DNA of 64,000 bases from Eledone cirrhosa (taxonomy: Eukaryota): positions 178,374,001-178,438,000 of the forward strand of contig OZ024743.1 in NCBI GenBank assembly GCA_964016885.1. Reading direction: 5' to 3'. This document shows positions 35,903 through 48,552 of this stretch, piece by piece. Numbering within the stretch: the first letter of the stretch is position 1; the number at the start of each line of letters is the position of its first letter. Below the pieces are notes generated by a model that was given only the letters and a program-made list of their open reading frames with translations, made no database searches and was not told where the DNA came from. The translations under genes and the position numbers were made by a program.

Positions 35903-36299
35903 TAATAAATAATGAATGAATATTACATAATTTATGTACTAAATTTCGTAAACATAAATAATTTAAAATTGACTTCTTTTCAAAGTTGCACTTCCGGTAT
36001 GTCGTCGCCACCACTTCAACTACCATATATATATAGAAAGAGAGAGTGTGTGATAAGACACAAACTTATAAAAATACACCCTCACGGACATAATACACAT
36101 ACATTCACACAAACATACACATAGACATGATAGCAGCATTCGGTGAAATTGGAAATGGGAGGGTAAAACAAGTATAACGTTTTATTTATTTATTATATCT
36201 TTTTTTAAAAAACTCATTTCATATAATGGTTACAGAACGAAAACACTAACTAATATAATATATACAAAGGAAAAGTAAAGGGAAAGGAAAAAAATACAC

Positions 36300-36690
36300 A
36301 GACAGGTAATACACACATCTTAGACCCCACAGAACAATATGCAGGCGAAAGAGTGATAAAACGAGCCGCTACCAGAGCAAAAGATAGCAATATAGCGAGG
36401 AGCACTGGGAAACCTCTCTAATAATTTTTAAGGCAGGCCAGCACGCTCGTAGCGTTACCTGGGGTGATGGCGAGGCTGAGGTGCTGGAACAACCAAGTGC
36501 CCTCATGAGCATCACCAGTTACCTCTGTTTGGCGAGCCGCCAGTGCATATAAAAATCTCGCTGTCAGTAGTCCGACTCCCCCAAACGTCTCGAACGCCAC
36601 GGGCGTTAGCTGACAGAACACGGTATTTTAGGATTTTGTTCCGTTCAGCTGCGGATGCTGTAGCTCTCGCCCTTACCGCTGCATGTATGT
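36300..36690 (-). mobile_element. CRE-like (restriction-like endonuclease) non-LTR retrotransposon 3' fragment
   Basis: PVAFETFGGVG..TARFL..L....TGDAHEGTWLFQHLSLAITPGNATSVLA matches the recalled C-terminal motif PxAxETxG...LxQRxSxAxxRGNA. Confidence 0.75.
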
Positions 36691-36829
36691 GCGCGCGCGC
36701 ATGAGTTTGTGGGCGTTCTTAAATTAGTGTGTGTGTCACTGTTTATAAGTTAGACATATATATGTGTGCATCCCTTTCCACACACACATACATTCACACA
36801 AACACACACACATTGCATGATGGACAGAA

Positions 36830-37290
36830 GTCCCTCAAATTCATATACATGTGAATGGAGTTCTACTGAAGCAGTTAGAGAAGTTCAAGTATCTTGGAGC
36901 CGTGTTCATGAGTGATGGAATGCAGGAGGCTGAATTAAGTGCAAGAATTGCCAAAGCTGATGCAGTAATGCGCCAGCCTCAGCATTCAGCAATCAGATGA
37001 AGCGGGGTAAGTGTAAAAGCCAAACTCGCTGTCTTCCTGGTATTCCTGCCAACTCTTACCGAGGATCATGAATCTTGAGTAATGACCAAAAGAATACAAT
37101 TGCAAATAAAAGTGGCAGAAATGGGATTCCTCCGAAGGGTCTGTGGAGTAACGTTACTCGATAAAGTGCAAAACTCAGAGACCAGAGAGTCACTCCTGGT
37201 AGAGCCGCTACTTCTCCGAATTGAGAGATCACGACTCCGATATTATGAGCATGTGGTTAGAATGTCTCAGTAAAGAATCGCTGGACTCAT
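36830..37290 (+). mobile_element. Rex3/Expander-type RTE fragment; related pieces at 43215-44140 (+) and 5790-5990 (+)
   Basis: EKFKYLGAVFMSDG, AEMGFLRRVCGVTLLDKV, VEPLLLRIERSRLR. The 43215 piece gives WKEYFIDLLNP and decayed IPIFK...NYR.ISLL. Confidence 0.8.
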
Positions 37291-37292
37291 AA

Positions 37293-37710
37293 ATAATTAT
37301 TGTGGGTAAAATGGTGGGTAAAATGATTATTGTAGGTAAAGTGGTAGGTAAAATGATTATTGTGGGTAAATTGGTGGGTAAAATGATTATTGTGGATAAA
37401 GTTGTGGGTAAAATGATTATTGTAGGTAAAATAACTATTGTGGGTAAAGTGGTAGGTAAAATGATTATTGTCGGTAAATTGATGGGTAAAATGATTATTG
37501 TGGGTAAACTGGTGGGTAAAATGATTATTGTGGGTAAAAAGGTAGGTAAAAGGAACATTGTGGGTAAAATTGTAGGTAAAATGTTTGTTGTGGGTAAAAT
37601 AATTATTGTGGGTGAAATGGTGGGTAAAATAATTATTGTGGGTAAAATTGGTGGGTAAATTAATTATTGTGGGTAAAATGGTAGGTAAAATAATTATTGT
37701 GGGTAAAAAA
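37293..37710. repeat. Minisatellite, ~30-bp unit ATGATTATTGTGGGTAAAGTGGTGGGTAAA
   Basis: Direct tandem array; it produces the spurious MIIVGKVVGK ORF. Confidence 0.95.
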
Positions 37711-38103
37711 CGGACCCCCTAATAAAAAACGATCCCCCCCCCAAATAAAAAATGGATACCCCCAAATAAAAAACGGATCCCCTACAAATAAAAAACGGAT
37801 CCCCCCAATAAAAAACGGACCCCCAAAATAAAAAACGGATCCCCCAAATAAAAAACGCCCCCCCCCCCATAAAAACGGATCCCCTACAAATAAAAAACGG
37901 ATCACCCCCCCCCAAATAAAAAACGGACTCGCCCCAAATAAAAACGACTCCCCTCCAAATAAAAAACGGACCCCCCAAATAAAAAACGGACTCCCCCCCA
38001 AATAAAAACGACTCCCCTCCAAATAAAAAACGGACCCCCCAAATAAAAAACGGACTCGCCCCAAATAAAAACGACTCCCCTCCAAATAAAAAACGGACTC
38101 CCT
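37705..38103. repeat. Minisatellite, ~21-bp unit AAATAAAAAACGGA(T/C)CCCCC
   Basis: Direct tandem array abutting the previous one. Confidence 0.95.
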
Positions 38104-38169
38104 TTCATTACCATATATCTAATAAAAGACACTGTCTATGTCTCTAACCCCTTTCATTACCATATATAT

Positions 38170-38358
38170 AATTGTTTCTACTTTTGGCACAAGGCCAGCA
38201 AAATTAATCAGTGTATTACTGGTACTTTATTTTATCGACCCCGTAAGGATGAAAGGCAAAGTTAACCTTGGCGGAATTTGAACTCAGAATGGCAAGGGCC
38301 ATAACTCTATGCGTCAAAGCATGGCGTCCGACCCTCTACCGATACTGCCAATCCTGCC
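38170..38358 (-). mobile_element. MetaSINE-like SINE copy
   Basis: Same family motifs as 10164-10354. Confidence 0.9.
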
Positions 38359-39859
38359 TACGATTTTCAGATAATTTAAGGGGCTTTAGTAATATAACTA
38401 ATTTCCTCATTACACAAAAAACGTGTCTGTTGAATACTCAGCCATATGCACGTTGAACAAGCCGTTCTGTTGAATAAACTAGAAGACCCACTGTCAGAAC
38501 GTCGGACGTCCAACACACAGGCACACAAACAGCTTCTGAAGTTTCCGTCTGTCAAATTTTTATTCAATAATATTTACAATAAAAAAAAAATGATTATATT
38601 TAAATGAAACAAAAAAAAAACAAAAAAAAAGAAAAGAATAAAGCAATGAAGAGGCGGAAGGAGGAACAGACTGTACACTGAAGTCTGAGCAGTGATTCAG
38701 TCGTACACTGGAGACAACACAGCGAAGCTATTGCCCAAAATAATAATCTGTGACAGCCCCCTTCTCTCCCCTGGCCAGTCAAATATTGTTCGATGCTATC
38801 CGACTGAGAAATGTTTAACAGCAAATGAGATTTACAAAAAATACAAAAAACATCTCAACTGTGAATTCTAATTTTTTAGGTGGTAGCATTCCTGCGATAA
38901 TTAATTTTCTTTAGACATTAAAAAAATTATACATGACAAAAAAGTACATTACTAGAAATCTTATATGTTATAAAATAAATAGAATGGGATGGGGTTTCAA
39001 TATGTAAACTAAATGACTAATTCTGTTTTTTTTTTTTTTTTAAATCAACAGACAACCTAGAAAATTGCCGCTTATTCACACACCGTATTTTTTGGGATCC
39101 GAGAGTACGTAGGAAAAATCTCAACTTTAAACTGACTTTCCCATACGGTGTCAGATTGATTTGTTTTCTTAAAGTCTAAAGTCTGTCTCGATCCCTGAGG
39201 CTAATCAGGCAAATGTTTATCCCAGTTTCTGTGGTATGAAGTGAGTGAGAGTAGAAGACTTCCTCCTGGACAGGACGCCTATCTATCGCAAGGGGTACTC
39301 ATTTTCAGTTGAGTTTACTGTCAGCAAAGAAATGAAGTGTTTTTGCTCAAGAACCTCGACCTTGTCCAGGACTCGAACCTACATTAAGATCGTAAATCCA
39401 ACACCCTTACTACTAGACGCCGATCCTCCACTAATTGATTTCTCTTAAATAGTTATATAACAAATGGATAAAGACTTTACTGGAGTTACTACTACTGAAT
39501 AGGTTACCTATCCCACCGTATTGGAGCACTCCCAATGTAATTCGTCAAACATGTAAGAGGTAGTGACAGAAAGGGTGGAGAGCCAGAAAATTGCTTTATA
39601 TTTAGTTCCGCTCTTGGATATGGATTATGAAGACGCATGGCTTAGTGGATAGAACGTTGGGCTTGCATTTGAGAGGTTGTGAGTTCGTTTGGGTGATGCG
39701 TTGTGTCCTTGAACAAGGCACTTTATTTCATTTTACTCCAGTTAACTCAGCCTTTCCCTTAGATAAAATTGGTGGCGTGGCGAGGGGAGACTGGCATGCA
39801 TGGGGGACTGCTGGTCTTCCACAACCAAACCATGTCCAGGCTTGTGCCTCAGAAGGAGC

Positions 39860-42160
39860 TTGGATTGGCAGTATCGGTAGAGCTTCGGACAATATGCTTT
39901 GCAACATATAGTCACAGCCCTTTACGTTCTGAGTTCAAATCCTGTCGAGGTTAGCTTTGCGTTTCATTCTTAAGGGGTCGATAAAATAAATTACCAGTAA
40001 CGCACTGGGGTTGATTTAATCGATACCCCTCCCCCCACCCAAATTGTTGGTCTTGTCACTAAATCAGAAACTATAATCATGCAAATGAGAAGTGTGGTGG
40101 ATTGTCAGTATCGGTAGAGCATCGGACAACATGCTTTATAGCAAAGAGTTACGTCCCTTTATATTCTGAATTAAAAAACCGCCGAGGTTAGCTTTAACTT
40201 TCATCCTTACGGTGTCGATAACATAAGGCACCAGAAACATACTGTGGTCAATTTAATTGACTCTCCCCTCCCCCAAAGTTGTTGGCTTTGTGCCTAAATC
40301 AGAAATTATATTCAGTTCCACTCTATTATATTCTGAGTTCAAATTTTGTTTGGGTTAGCTTTGCTTTTCATCATTGCGGGAGTGGAATGGGTAGTGTGTT
40401 CATAAAGTAAATACCAGAGAGGGGTTCTGAAATTGGATTACCTGTAAACTTTCCCAACAACTTTAGGATCGTGTGCTAATGTTAAAAAAATATATAATGT
40501 CTTACATTGTATAGTGGTTTATTTTATTATATTAACGTGAATTAGTATAATTTTATATGCTGTTGAAATAGTATAAGAAAGCATCTATCGGTAAACTAGA
40601 CGAGTTTATGACGAGTACATTTATTAAATTATTGACTATTTCACGAATTCGTGACAGACAGTCGACAGATACTAACTGCTGAAGGTTTCATTTCACATGA
40701 ATTTCTACACCGCTGTAAGAATTCGTATAAAACTTTACGATATTATTAAAATGATGACGATAATACCGGCGGGCAAGAGTTAAAGTAGTTTCCATGCTGA
40801 GATATCGACGAAAATTGCTGTTTCAGACTGAAACCATTTCATTTAAGCATGAATTGTGCATGCAAAACATTCGGAGACTTCACAACATATTCATTTTTTC
40901 GAATATTTAAACAATTTTTTTCTACATTCAGCACAAGGTCATCAGAGGAGGATGGGAAAGTCGAATAAATTGACCCGTGTGCTACTGGTACTTTATTTTA
41001 TCGTCCCTGTAAGGATGAAAGGTAAAGTTAACCTCGGCGAGATTTGAAATCAAAACGAAAAGGGACGTAACTATATCCCGCAAAGCATGTCTGACGCTTT
41101 ACCGGTTCTGCCAATCTGCCCTTGAATATCTAAATAATTGTTTCTACTTTTGGCACAACGCCAGCAATTACCCCAGTGTATTACAGGTGCTTTATTTTAT
41201 CGACCCCGTAAGGATGAAAGGCAAATTTAACCTCGACGGGATTTGAACTCAGACCGTAAAGGGCCGTAGCACTATGCTGCAAAGCATGGCGTCCGAACTT
41301 CTACCGAGACTGCCAATCTACCGCCCTAAATAATTGTTTCTATTTTAGACACAAGGCCAACAATTTTAGAGGAGGGGAAAATCGATTTAATCGACCCTAG
41401 TACATTGCTGGTGCTTTATTTTATCGATCCCGTAAGGATGAAAGACAAAGTTAACTTCGGCGGGATTTGAACTTAGACCATAAAGGGCTGTAACTCTTTG
41501 CTGCAAAGCATGGCGTCCAACCCTCTACGGATACTGCCAATCCACCGCCCTAAATAATTATTTCTACTATTGGCACAAGACCAGCAATTATCCCAGTGTA
41601 TTACTGGTACTTTATTTTATCGACCCCGTAAATATAAAAGGCAAAGTTAACCTCGGCGGGATTTGAACTCAGATAAATAATGCGATGAGAAATGCAGAGT
41701 AAGAGATATATAAAATTCCTGCCAAAACTTACGTATATATATATATATATATATATAGTAATAATAATAAATGTGAAGACTAAAATCTGAAGAGGGCTCG
41801 ATAAGGATAATATATATATATAAATATAAAAAAACCGTAGAGCAAATATTTATTAAAATAACAGATTAAAGTTTAAGCAAAGATTTGCTGTATCCACCCT
41901 TAATGGGATCCCATTAAAGGCGAAATCAACGATTCTTTGCTTAAACTTTAATTTGTTATTTTAATATATATATATATATATATATCCATATGTAGTTGAC
42001 GGCTGAGAGAAAGGACTACTCAATACCGAAGTAGTTTTAATATTCATTTTATTAAAGCTAAATAGTGAGTACCTTTCATCCTTATGGAATCGATAAAATA
42101 AAGTACCAGTAATGCACTGGGGTAATTGCTGGCCTTGTGCCAAAAAGTAGTAACAATTAT
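39860..42160. mobile_element. Dense SINE cluster: plus copies at about 39860-40075, 40095-40290 and 42070-42160; four tandem minus copies at about 40910-41675
   Basis: Repeated GGATGAAAGGCAAAGTTAACCTCGGCGGGATTTGAACT core and TTGTTTCTACTTTTGGCACAAGGCCAGCAATT end. Confidence 0.9.
41851..41966. repeat. Spacerless imperfect palindrome centred on GGGA|TCCC
   Basis: TATTAAAATAACAGATTAAAGTTTAAGCAAAGA... pairs with ...TCTTTGCTTAAACTTTAATTTGTTATTTTAATA. Confidence 0.92.
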
Positions 42161-42711
42161 TACTCTGGAATTTCACCTGTTTATTACATGGTCATTAGAC
42201 ATCTCTTCTTCAGAGCCATAGGGAATTTTCCCTGTTGCTCTACCGATTTTCTTTCTTCTAAAACCTCGATACAAAAATCAACCAATTGACCTCGATACAA
42301 TTCCCACCAATAAAATATTTAAGTCCAGATGACACTATTCGCCCTCGTACAAAACTTAGCCTTCAACACAGTCGGGAACGAAATGAAATAATCCAGTTTG
42401 GTTTATTAATGAAAGAAAACCAAATAAAACAATACAATTTCTATTAATTAGCAAAGGCAGCAGTGATTAAAATTATTCAGTTCATAGCTGGCGTGATTTT
42501 CTTCCCATGATTCACCGACTTATCTGGGAAAATTAGACATTCAATACAACTGAAAAAACAAAACAATAATAAGATTAAATAAATAGATAAATCAAACAGT
42601 CAGTTGAAATGCTAACGTGTCATAAAGAAGAAAGCACTCACCTTATTAGAATCACACGCAACTGAGTGGCTAAGGACACGTTATTCATTAGCAATCTAAA
42701 CACACACACAC

Positions 42712-43070
42712 ATTCTCGGGTCTCGAATAGTCGTCCTCCAGGCGCTTACTAATTTTTCCGACTTTCTCCAATTCACTTGTTCTTATTCCAAACCCCAGCT
42801 TATTAAATTTTGCTCATCTATCTCTGGCGAAATTTTATTTTATTTAATTTTATTTTAATTTCTTTAGACATTAAAAAAACATTATACTTGACAAAATAGT
42901 GCATTACTAGAAATCCCATACGTTATAAAATAAATAGGTTGGGTTGGAGTCTCAATACGTAAACTAAATGACTAATTCTGATTTAAAAAAAAAAATCAAT
43001 GGAGACAACCCCGCCCCCGCCCCGCCCCGCTTATTCCAAACCACCCTATTATTTGAGACTCAAGAAGAGT
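42712..43070. mobile_element. Probable MITE; second partial copy at 38900-39108
   Basis: About 140 bp shared between 38902-39040 and 42856-42995. Imperfect inverted ends TTCTCGGGTCTCGAATA and TATTTGAGACTCAAGAA. Confidence 0.55.
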
Positions 43071-44690
43071 TGAAGTAATGAGCCAAGGTTTCATACAAAT
43101 CAAAGGTCATAGGTCAAAAGTGAAAGTGAAAAAAGCACTGTTAAATTTTAAAATAAATTTTTTCTTTAATCCGTTAGAATGAATATTTGTATAATTGTTA
43201 CATGGGGTTCTCCTTTCTCCAGAGAAGTGGAAAGAATATTTTATTGATCTGCTAAACCCTGTCACAGCAGCATCTGTGGATGTACATGAGGTGCATCTGG
43301 GAGTGATGACAAACCTTTCGGAGCCTAAGGTCACTTGTGCAATTAAAAAACTTATATGTGGCAAGGCGTCTCAGGAGAATGAAATTCGGTCCCTTAAATA
43401 GAGAATGCATTCTCCAGCTGACACGAGTGTGTTGGGTCACATGGATCCCTGGAAAAGCACCTAAGCAATGGCAATTGGGAGTATAATCCCAATTTTCAAA
43501 ATGAGAAACAAGAGTTTGATCCAATTATAGAATGATCTCCTTGTTAACCCTCACCGACAAAGTCTGTATTAAGTGTCTGACAAAGAAATGTAGGGATATT
43601 ATCAACTTCAAGTTAGCTGACAAACAGTGTAGACTTTGCCCCGGACACCGCGCAACTGATGAAATATTCACACAGCGGCAGGTCTTTGAGAAATCATGTG
43701 AGTATTGCTAAGAGTAGTAAGTTTGTTTAGAAGACCTCGCAAAAGCAAATGTCCGTGTTCCACGGTACATGCTGTGGAAGGTTCTTTAGGAGTGTGGGAT
43801 TGACGGATATCTTGTTGCCCTGGTGTCTCTATGCGACTGTCTAAGTATTTATGTTTGGATAAATAGTTCTAAGTCGAAACGATTCAATGTGACAGTACAC
43901 CAAGTGTGTGTATTGTGACATCTCCTGTTCATAATTTTTATGAACATGATTGACTTGTGCAGCCAGGATGGAAGTGATATCAAAACTGGTGGATATAGGA
44001 GCAGTCGGTTGGGATTTCTGGACAATATGATATTACTTAACTCGACAGAAGGTGGTGCACTTAATAGGTTTGTTGCTGAGAATGAAAACTCAGTACTGCG
44101 GAGACTGAGACTCTAGTATATGTTCATCAACTGCCTTGTTCAAGCGAATAAGGTGGACACGGCACCACGTCAGTTGTTGCTGTCACTTCATTAATGTTAC
44201 TATCATTCCATCACCAAGGTCTTGATGACCTCGTCTTTATGTTTTGTAGGCATGGTCCCGTATCTCTTGATGGTGTCATAGAAGCATCGTAACACCATAC
44301 GGAGTTTCTTGTGCATTTCAAGCCTGGTGGAACCCATCTCCTCTCCAGTTCTGAACACATGTGTTTTCTTCAAAAGAAAGATAGGGAGAGTGAGAGAGAG
44401 AAACTGAGAAAGAGATAGAAGGTAAGAATTGACCTCAGTATTTGACTGGTACTTTTTCAGTCGACCTCAAATGAATGAAAGGCAAAGTTGACATCGGCAG
44501 GATTTGAACAGAAAGCCAAAACGTATAGCACAAAGCCCACTCTTATACGTTCACTGCATCCTTATGCCATATTAAGCTGTAAAAAAGACCGCTCTCCCAA
44601 GCTTCCTCGTTGTAGATACACATACGCACATACATATATGCGTACGTACATACAAACACACACGCGCGCACACTCAGATATATATACATA

Positions 44691-46893
44691 TGTAGTGACC
44701 TACATTCCGCGGGCTCACATACACTCTCTGTGCGTGATTTGGCTCAGCTCAGCCAATCAGCGCCAGTAGAAGAGGATGTATCCCTACGCGTCCTGAGAGA
44801 GAAATTACCCGCAAAGATTTGAGTGATCTCTCTTCTTTCCAGCTCGACCGTGCTAAGGTAAACAACTACTTTTCTTTCGCCGTGAAATCACTAGCCAATA
44901 TGTAACACAACAATTTAACCACGGCCTGGCAACACCTAACAGCCAGTAGCCCGTGTCTTTCTGAAATCTTAATTCGTTTGTTTTATTTCTCTTGGCATGC
45001 CAGCTCAACCTTTGTTAATAAATAATGTAAAAACAAGCTAAAGTCGTTGTCAATATTCCTATCATATCTTTCTACCAAAACTGGTTCCTCGTGGCAACAT
45101 AGCAACTCTCTAAACTGGTGACCGACGTAAGAATTTTACGCAGCCTTCTGTTCAATGCAACTTACGAAAATACAAAATATCCCTTTTAAAATTGTAAAAA
45201 AATTAGCAGTATTTCAAAAACTTTTCGCCACGAGGAAATTTCAAAATGTCTACCGACAAGTCCTGTCTACAATCAACAACGACAACAGCAGCAGCGTCAA
45301 TATTGTTTGACCACTAACCAACAACAGGGACTAGTGAGATGGCAGCTTCATAGCCTTACCGACGCAAACCACCACACATCATATTGTTTACTTCCATGCT
45401 TTCACCTGTTCTATCGTCTCTACCGTCGAGAAGAAAAAAATGGAAGTAGTTTTTTTTTTTTAGAAGAAGAAGAACAACACGTGGTTTAACTTTTGCGAAC
45501 TCGCCAACGACAACATCTTAAAAGGAAATAAAATTGGCTGTATTTTCAGAATTAAAGCCGGAGACATTTTTCTTTCCATACGGCTTCCTGCAATGCAAAC
45601 AAGCAACCCATGGCTAACTATTAACCAACATCAGGGAACGGCTTGTAACTTTGCCGACGCAACCACCATACCTTCTGTCTCGTTACCACAAGGACTCGAG
45701 AAATTAAGACATTAGTTTTCTCACTATTATGGCGTCAGACGTGGCTGCCATGTTGGTAACTCTGGGTTCTTCAACGATTGACTTCGATTCCACAGAAGAT
45801 TCATTGTGACTTTGCTTTAACAACAACAACTCTACTAGCTCCCTAGTAAGATCGATCCCAAAGAAAAAAGAAGCGAACTTTTTGTTAAAAGAAAGGAAAC
45901 AATTCTTTCTTTCTTCCTTTTTTTTTCAGGCATTTATTTTGGACATTTATTTATTTTTTTAAAAACTTTATTATATGAAAATTCATTTCTCTCTATCATT
46001 GTATATGTGACCGCACGCACACATTTTCTTTGCTGTATTACATGCCTGCATAAATACACACACCAACATGTTGTTGTCTATGGTGTGTGATCTTCGAGCG
46101 TCGTAATATTCTGCGAGATCCCTTTTCACCTTCTGGAGGTACCAAAACATGCTGTCGACACTTGCAGCTTAATTCACCTGCACCGCAACACGAGAATGCT
46201 AATTGCAGCTGAACTCAAACAGTTTCGCATCTCGTTGCACATTCATCGTCCATAACAACCTCTATCTTGTTATCTTACCCAACTCACCGGGAAAACAACA
46301 AATAGAACTGGTCTTGTCAGCATTTCCACCACTTCTATGGATTCGCCCGAATTGTGGGACTGCAACCCACCTACAGATTCAGCTTGCTTTCTTTCTTATC
46401 AAAGCAACCAGCCATTTTTTCCTGGCTCCCTTAGCACATTCGGCAATACATCTGGGAGGCCAACATTTTCTCGCCTACCCATCATCTTCTTGCCAGCACT
46501 GGTAAATTACCATAATAGCTTCCTCCACAGCTACTGGTACAACACTTACCATTAACATTTAATGCAAGAACAGCAACTTCGCCCATGTCAGACTTTATCC
46601 GTTTTCTGTTAGACCTTTGGTGGTCACGTATAAACTACAAAACAGCTAGTCATTTGACACAGCGGCTCAACACGGCCCCTAGTGCCTCATTTTTTTCTTG
46701 CATGCATCCTTTGCTCAATTATTTTTTCACTGATGTGCTCTTTCAGCATTTGCTCTTGCTGATTCAATAATCTGTATCGACTACCGTCTAGAAGGGGTAT
46801 TGTAGTGACCTACATTCCGCGGGCTCACATACATTCTCTGTGCGTGATTTGGTTCAGCTCAGCCAATCAGCGCCAGTAGAAGAGGATGTATCC
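44691..46893 (+). mobile_element. Non-autonomous Gypsy-like LTR retroelement (5' LTR about 44691-45114, PBS, 1.7-kb interior without an intact ORF, PPT, 3' LTR cut by the gap)
   Basis: TGTAGTGACCTACATTCCGCGGGCTC...GGATGTATCC occurs at 44691 and 46801 with two visible mismatches in 93 bp. TGGTGACCGACGT at 45116 resembles a tRNA-Trp PBS. AGAAGGGG lies just before the second LTR. Confidence 0.85.
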
Positions 46894-47093
46894 NNNNNNN
46901 NNNNNNNNNNNNNNNNNNNNNNNNNNNNNNNNNNNNNNNNNNNNNNNNNNNNNNNNNNNNNNNNNNNNNNNNNNNNNNNNNNNNNNNNNNNNNNNNNNNN
47001 NNNNNNNNNNNNNNNNNNNNNNNNNNNNNNNNNNNNNNNNNNNNNNNNNNNNNNNNNNNNNNNNNNNNNNNNNNNNNNNNNNNNNNNNNNNNN
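46894..47093. other. Assembly gap (200 N)
   Basis: Run of n. Confidence 1.
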
Positions 47094-48272
47094 TATAAAG
47101 AGAGAGAGAGGAAATAGAGATAGATACATATATAGAAAGCTAGGTAGTGGGACAACTGTTGAATAACGTATCAATGATACATTTATTTATTTATTTATTT
47201 AGCTCTAGTATTAATGTAAGGGAGATATATGGAGGGAAAACCAGCTGTTATATAGGGAGAGAAAAAATATAGAGAGAGAAAAAAGAGATAGAGAAAATTC
47301 AAAAATATCCAGACACAGGCGAGGCGTACAACCTCTGTTTTAATGTAGAAGTCTTAGTATTTACAAAACCAGCCTCTGCATTGTAAATATCAGTATTCCT
47401 GAATGAGATATGTATCCACAATGTGTGAAAATTAATGATCTTATGTTTAGTTTTTTAAAGAATTCATATGTTTATGTGATAATTACAAACATCTATGTGA
47501 ATGTACATGATCAATTCTGCAAACCCTAAGTTCACGGAAAGTATTCTCAATGCGGTATAAAAATTTAAGTATACATATATGTGTATATAGAGTCAATATT
47601 ACTATTTCTGTCTCAACTCTACAAGATTATCTATCAAGCAGAGATAGAGCAGATTTCAATATACTAATAAAAATAAAAATAAAAATAAAAATAAAAATAA
47701 AAATAAAAATATGAATAAAAATATATCGGAAACAAAACTAAACTAAAAATAACAATAATAATAATAAGTAATAATAAAATAGAAAACTAAGAAATATTAC
47801 GAAAAAATATTACATATTAAAAATATTACATATTAAAAAATTTACATATTAAAAATATTAAAAAAATAAAAAATAAAAATTAGGAAATACTACAGTAATA
47901 AAAATAAAATAAACCACAAAGATCAACCCTTCAAAATTAATTGACAATATATTGCCAAGTTCATTATAAACATCAGAGTCGAAAAACAGATAAAGCCAAA
48001 AAATTATCTATCAAATCGCATCTAGCAAAGATCATTTCAAAAAGTATAGGATGCCAAATTTGTTCTACATGTGTTCTTATATTTAATATAGAAGTTTATC
48101 TAGTGTAACGTTTATTCGAAATATTTGGAGCATCAGCTTTTAGGATAGCTTAATTTTTCATGAAGAATGTTTAAATAAATAAATAAAATAAAAATAAAAA
48201 ATAAAAGAGTAAAAAGAGAATCAAAGATTTATCGGCTAGTTTCCCATATAATTATAAATCAAACTAAATATA

Positions 48273-48552
48273 CTACATTTTAAATTTAAATTTATATTTA
48301 AACGTTGAGTTTAATCTATGTTTGCAACAACTGAATAAATTTGTCCGTAGATTAAGGGAATTTTTAGATTTTAGTATAAAGAATATCTCCTCTGCGCAGA
48401 GGTCACATGTCTCAGAGGATGAATTAAAAGGAATCCCTCTTGAGACTATATTCCAAGCCGTCGAATATCTAACGTTATCTAGCTTAAGTTGCCAGAGTAC
48501 GCCTGATAGTGCCGTTGAAGATTTTTTGCTTGGATCTGTGAAAGAATTCTTT
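48273..48552 (-). mobile_element. Penelope-like element, C-terminal part of the GIY-YIG endonuclease region
   Basis: [23 protein letters not shown]...[27 protein letters not shown]...[13 protein letters not shown] fits the recalled PLE pattern STxLSxxxWxLK..W.I..CxLCxxE..LN.R.E...CRH. The AT-rich 47300-48270 region is probably its 3' non-coding part. Confidence 0.8.

Noticed and set aside
37293-38103. CRISPR-like appearance of regular repeats (also 21650-21990, 59917-60117)
   Set aside because: No unique spacers, no cas genes, eukaryotic context.
37229-38132. Repetitive ORFs (MIIVGKVVGK, GSVFYLGG)
   Set aside because: Translations of minisatellites; no splice or homology support.
42642-42695. 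Possible minus-strand exon (tttag...AAG|gtgagt; LLMNNVSLATQLRVILI)
   Set aside because: Good donor but weak acceptor context, no recognisable homology and no partner exon.
44691-45114. Retrozyme (hammerhead-containing LTR) interpretation of the non-coding LTR element
   Set aside because: I could not find a CTGANGA...GAAA...UH arrangement with paired stems in the LTR.
46840-47174. ORFs containing runs of X
   Set aside because: Artefacts of the 200-N gap.
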